NCBI GenBank assembly: GCA_001687465.1
Contig: LVLI01000195.1
Span: 62,001 to 114,871 of the forward strand
Direction of reading: 5' to 3'
Length of the DNA: 52,871 nt
Source: Halocafeteria seosinensis
Lineage: Eukaryota
Shown: piece by piece, positions 47,551 to 52,871 of the stretch
Position numbering within the stretch: position 1 is the stretch's first letter
How the letters are laid out: every line of letters begins with the position of its first letter
The notes under the pieces: generated by a model
The model's database searches: none
Told to the model about the DNA's origin: nothing
Seen by the model: the letters and a program-made list of their open reading frames with translations, nothing else
Translations under genes and position numbers: made by a program

Positions 47551-49151
47551 TGGCCTGAAGTCCTAGTCCTTGCTCTCCATGCTTCTTTTAGTGCCGCCAA
47601 TTCGGGGTTATCAAGTGTGGTTCAAAATATGGTGCCCGAGCAATTGATTCATTTGGTTTTGAAGAAGTCAGTTGACGATTGTTGAGGGGCTACGGGATGG
47701 ACCGTAAGATGACACAGCCCGGAGTTCAGCCGCTTTAAAGGTTTCATTTCTCCGTAAAGGACTGTCTAGAATATCAGACTCTCCCGCGGACATTTGTATC
47801 TTCTTGGATAGCCGAAGGAATTCTCGGAGCCTGCAATGAAGTTCTTGGAAGGTTCCGAGCGACTAGCTAGTGACGATGATCCGGTGTGTCGGCGAGTGAA
47901 GCGTAAAGACTACCTAAACTATGCCTAGAAGAGACGGGAATTCATTGTCATTATTCGCTGGATGCTATTCCAACCCCATGCAATGTCAAGCAGGCTTCGC
48001 GGGCTGCATTGATCCGATAAACAGGGTTGATAATCGTACCGAAGGCCAACTCTTCAAGATAGACTCCTTTAAAGTTATGATTCGCTTCGAACGTTTATAC
48101 CTTATAAAGGGTTTCCCCGTCATTTCAGTTCACCAGTGCTTATGGGAAATTGTACGAATTGGTTGTTGACGTGTGTTCGTTGCCAAGACGCTGCTCGCTG
48201 CGCGGTGAGACCGCAGTACCCACTGCTGCAATGTTGCAACACCCTGTAACTGCTTATACAAAAGGGCTTTGAATCCTATTGTTCATGAGCTCGATTACAT
48301 TGCCGAGCTAGTTTCGTATGCGCATCGAGGAGGACTGCTGCGTGTAATACTACGAACTTCGGCAGTCAGAAATTCTGGGCTTCCTAGAATGCTAGTCGAA
48401 TGTGAGCAGCTGTCAACCGGAGATGTTTCTCCTTTGTTGAAATAACCTTTGCAAACGGTGCCGGGGACGCCCATGCTAGCACGCGCACGGAATGTGGCAT
48501 CGGATGTAAAGGTTATGTATTACATCGGGCAGCAGTTCTTCGCATCTTTCAATGCATTACTGGATGAAGATGTGCAGTAGTATGGAAGGCGCGGTAACAA
48601 TATGTTCCTCGTCCCGCATCGGTCCGTGTTCACACAGAGCACTTTGAGGTCTTGATGGTATCACTATTTTGGACTCCAGTAAGTATTTCCACGGAGTGCC
48701 ACCTGGCGATCCGTTAACATTGCGATAATTTGCTTTTACGGTAGTACAAAATATTTTGATACTAAATTACAACTGATTCGTGGGTGGATGGAATGCTAAC
48801 GGCGTGTTATGTTGAAGGAACAGGGTGCTCGCCACCAAATTTAGGGTAGGAAGCCGCGGCCTTTGCTTCCCACACTTGGGTCAGAGACAGAGAGCTGTCT
48901 AGTATATATAACTAAGAATGATCGAAAAATTGAATATATTTTGGCGATAGAATTATGGAGTATGAACTTACAGCACAATCAACATGGAAACCACAACACC
49001 CCATAAACTCGGCTTCCAAGGGTTGTTCAAGAAGTTCAGCGGAGTGTTCAGAACAACGGACAGAGGATAGCTCGTCAACGTTTCTGGTGTCATCTCTACA
49101 GAGATCAATGATCATTGATTTCGCCTTTCTGCTTAAACCTGTCAGTATCCT

Positions 49152-51274
49152 CTACTTGTGGTACTTCTGAATCGTCAGAATTCCTCCCACGGAATTGTGT
49201 CGGGATTCTATTCTACAGCACATTCGCTGTTGCTGGCCCTGTTCGCGTGTCTAGAGGTGCCATTATCGGCTCAGTTGATGTTTTCCAGGTGGATCATAGT
49301 CTAGTAGGAGCAAACAGGCGAGAAATACCCCCGCGAATGGGAAGAAACTAGAGAAGTTTTCCGCTCTGCTTCAACAACTTGTCATTATAGGTCCTCTCAA
49401 GATACTCGGAGACACGAAGGCACATGGGGACCATTACACTACAGTCTAATGCTTTGTCGCCGCGCACCATCTTAACCGAACGTGACGTGTATTTTTGAGG
49501 GAGCTAGAGTAAGTGAAACCTGTTCAGCGGCATGTGTAGTCTGTGAGACGTCGTGAGCGAAGCATGTGGGGGAGCTCCGGGGGAGTGCGTTGTTCTCATG
49601 GGGCGGGCCGTCAGAAAACCAGTGTTCGGATGGCTTTTGCTTCCCACCTAGCGGGATAGGGTACACATGGCAAGGGAAAGCTACGAGTGGAGAGGAAACC
49701 CCGGTGGACAACCTTATACCGTTCGAGGTTACGTCGGGGGGTTGTACCGGAGCTTCAAGTGATCCCACTGGTTACCCCGTGCAGAAACGAGTGGCCGATT
49801 CTTTGTTTGTTTTGTCTTAGTATTGTTTACAAACACTATTTTGGAACCCTCTGAACCATCTCATGGATACTCAGAAGAGGAGGTCCTAAAATACCGTTGA
49901 CGAAGTCTTTTTCTCTGTCGTCGAGAAGGCTGTGCTGTGTTTCCGCGGGATGAAATCTAGTCTCTCACACCTTTTTGTTTTACATCAGGTGCCCTCGCTT
50001 GATGCGTGTTACGAAAGAAGAAAAAACCTTAATTGACCAAAATCTCAGACGAAGCCTATACAAGGAGATGATGCTCCATCCGGTACAAAGTGTAGTAGGT
50101 TCTCGTTTGCCTGGCAGAAACGTATTTGATGAGGGAGCCCATAACCCACAGGGTTTCTCCGAAGCATACTGGCACCCAGCAGATACGTTGGAAACTTCCG
50201 CGCACACCACATTGTTTACAGCGGCCCCCAATACTCTGTACACCAACCCAGTATCTGTAGGACCCTACTTGAACGTTCTCCGGATGAAAGAAGGTGAAAG
50301 CGACTTTACACTTCATGAGAAATCCAGCTACTGTATACCGCAAACTATGGGCCTCCCACGCGGAACTACTTCTACCAGGGGTAACAAGCTTCAATCAGCA
50401 ACACATTACCATGAAGAACACGAACCTGGAGCCACTGAAGAGGTCAGTGACGAAATGATCGAATGCGCGAAATTGTTGACGAACGGATTCCGCGAGGAGC
50501 AAGTCCACTCGTCGCCGGAACGTTCAGCACGAAAACCCAAGAGAAAGGCACAATCAAAGAGGAGGAGATCTCCTGTCCCTTTCGTCGGGGTGAGCAAGAA
50601 GTCCCCCCACTCTTTTGAGGTGAAGATCAGAGACAAAGGGAAAACGAATTACATCGGAACGTAAGTGATACACTACTCGTGTAAACTCTCAAATATGAAA
50701 ACGACATGTCTTCGTTTATTGCTGCCGCCGTGCAGGTTTCCTACCGCTGAGGAAGCTGCTTGCGCTTATGATGTTACTGTGATTAGACTTCGAGGACGAG
50801 AAAAGGCGTTTGTAAACTTTCCAGCGAAGCTCGGCTTGCCATTGGATCAAAAAGCGATTAAAGCCGGACTGGCTCACAGGAGACCCTCAGACGAGGCTCA
50901 AGCAAGCGACCCAAACAGCACCACCACAATGCTATGTGAAAATACGCTAAAGAAGTTTAAGCTGAGCGAAACGTTGGAGAACGAAGATGAGCACCCTCAT
51001 CGATCGAGACATGCAACTTCACGGCAACCCTCAGCACTTTCAGACCCTTCGGAATAGGTCGACAGTGACATCTTGGCGAAGAGTGCTGTCGACACCTCTT
51101 GCAATAAGCCTCGACATAAAATTCCCGGTATCCCGGCAACCACCAGCTCATGTTCCAGAACCACCATTTCAATTGCAATACAATAATACCCTGCGTATTT
51201 CCACGTTCCACTAGAGTTACATTCCTTATGGTTCGCTTCAACCAACTTGTTGAAGGGAGGCGACAAGAGCCCCC
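49152..51274. repeat. Segment A': more complete inverted copy of 41280-43007
   Basis: Reverse-complement match to segment A; it retains sequence that is deleted from A. Confidence 0.95.
50002..51057 (+). CDS. AP2-domain protein, 2 exons
   Basis: PVPFVGVSKKSPHSFEVKIRDKGKTNYIGT / intron 50661-50735 / FPTAEEAACAYDVTVIRLRGREKAFVNFP. A basic NLS-like stretch RKPKRKAQSKRRR precedes the domain. Confidence 0.85.
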
Positions 51275-51755
51275 GGCAGAAGCGGAAAAGATGAAGCGGA
51301 GAAAATACGGACATCTGAGGGACCACCACACGAAAATTATCCCGTTCGCGATAAAGCCGACGGGCGGTTTCGGCGAAGACGCGATCAAGTTCCTCAAGAG
51401 AATTGCCAGGAAAGCACCGGGCTCCCTCTGTCAGTCACGTTGATGCGACCGGTTTCGGGAAGGGCTCATCCCTCACATGGCGTAGCGTAGCCTGTAGCAT
51501 ACACGTGTTCCGGTAGGAGCAATACTAATACACACAGGGGAACAAGGGAGATGCGGAACTTTCGCAAGCTGATGACGACCAAACTGTCTGTCACGTTGAT
51601 GCGCCACAACGTGAAGATGTTGGATCTGTTCCGGGTAGGGTTCATCTGTGTGTAGTAGTATTGCTCTTACCGGAAGAAGTGCGGGCTACAGACAGGTATG
51701 CTACACCGATACACCGTGGAAAGGGTGAACCCTACCCGGAACCTCCAACATCTTC
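51274..51755. mobile_element. Cluster of three retrotransposon 3'-end fragments: 51274-51536 (+), 51551-51644 (+), 51647-51755 (-)
   Basis: AEKMKRRKYGHLRDHHTKIIPFAIKPTGGFGEDAIKFLKRIAR. Repeated gtcacgttgatgc and ccgggtagggttca, with tails gcaatacta(a/c)tacacaca. Confidence 0.8.
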
Positions 51756-51814
51756 GTCATCTTGAGCAGGATGACAAAAACCTATTACTCAAATTTGGAC
51801 ACAAATGTCCTTCG

Positions 51815-52871
51815 AGCAACTCACAAATCCACTGTTTCACTTAGCGAGAGATATCCCTGTTGAGAAAGAAGGGATTTTCGCCCATTCCCTAAACAGCGAG
51901 GTCTTTTCGGTGGCGGACGGGCTACATTATTTCTATCAAGTGAAGCTGTGTAGCTGCAGTTAGCTCTGCGAAGCGGAGTCAACGTGGAATCGTCCCACTC
52001 TGTCGGGCGGGGAGAGGGGGAACGTGATACATGGAAGAACCAATAGTGCATTACACATGTTGAAGCTACCGAGATATTATTACTGTGGTTAAATTTATAA
52101 GACCGCAAGTTTATGAGCGCCGCTCTCACGGGACGAATGCCGCTCTTAGAGCGGATCACTATTCACTGGTCACTCCCTGATCCTACTTCACCAGGAAATT
52201 AGCTTGGTGATCGAAACTTCCGTGTATACAGTGATGGCGCACCGTGCCACTTTGGCATACCGTGTGCATGGTAGTGGATACCCGCTAGCAGGTTACGTCG
52301 ACTCGTCAACATCTCAATTCGCACGCTTGACGCTACACTTGACTCCCATCCGATTCTCTATAAGAGAACGTACGCGAAATGATGTAACCAATGTGATCCT
52401 GCATGAAAACTGCATGTTAATTGCAGTGAGAGTTACTTGACGATATACTTGAATAAACCGAACCACTGAGTTCTTGCTTCTCATCCTCGCAGAAGTTGGG
52501 CCATCTTTTAGTCTCAGTTTGATAAGCACAGCATGTAACTCCACAACTTCGTTTGCAGAACAATCTAATACAGTACTGGTAGACTCTCTTAGCCGCATGC
52601 CCTGAACCCCCCCGATTGGTCAGTCCACACCTTGGACAGCCCGTAGAAACTCCCCGATGAAGGCATGCACGAGTTGTAGGTTCCACCCGTTTTTCTTTTC
52701 GTAACCGATAAAAAATTTACTTTGGTGAGGTTAATTGGTTCTTTCCGAACCTCTATTAGGTCCGCTATCGGTACTGAAAACCGTTCAATTGTATCACCCC
52801 AACAAAAACTACTACCAACAAAAACGAAGGGCAGTGGTACCCTGTACACTTTACCACCTCTCGGTAACCTG
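51815..52871. repeat. Segment B': inverted copy of 45310-46369
   Basis: Reverse-complement match continuing to the window end. Confidence 0.95.

Noticed and set aside
41280..51274. A and A' as terminal inverted repeats of one DNA transposon or Polinton
   Set aside because: The arms contain a spliced AP2 gene and differ by large indels. No transposase, integrase or polB is seen between them, no TSD is evident, and B/B' are not nested as TIRs would require.
1..52871. tRNA, rRNA or prokaryotic operon features; numerous short antisense ORFs
   Set aside because: No cloverleaf or rRNA-like sequence was recognised by eye. The short ORFs mostly shadow real exons on the opposite strand or lie in decayed repeats.

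Overview
Compact, intron-rich eukaryotic DNA with short (about 55-110 nt) GT-AG introns. AP2 domains and DIDYDDG-type Tudor repeats hint at a stramenopile-like protist, but this is inference. Bases 1-38 kb are gene-dense. They hold the 3' end of a very divergent dynein-heavy-chain-like gene, a DUF389 membrane protein, a small helical protein, INTS3, a divergent C-terminal kinesin and a SprT/Spartan protease. They also hold a tandem cluster of claudin-like membrane genes and pseudogenes, a kinesin-14 fused to an N-terminal CBM20-like domain, an ArgE-like M20 peptidase, an intronless AP2 gene, and a 13-Tudor-repeat protein with an intron at the same site in every repeat. Bases 38-52.9 kb are a rearranged mobile-element graveyard: three more AP2 genes or pseudogenes, PIF1/Helitron-like relics and several 3' fragments of an RLE-type non-LTR retrotransposon. 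An inverted copy there joins position 46637 to 41280, i.e. it is a circularly permuted copy of a ~5.4 kb AP2 + helicase-relic unit. All calls come from manual translation and motif recognition, with no database searches.
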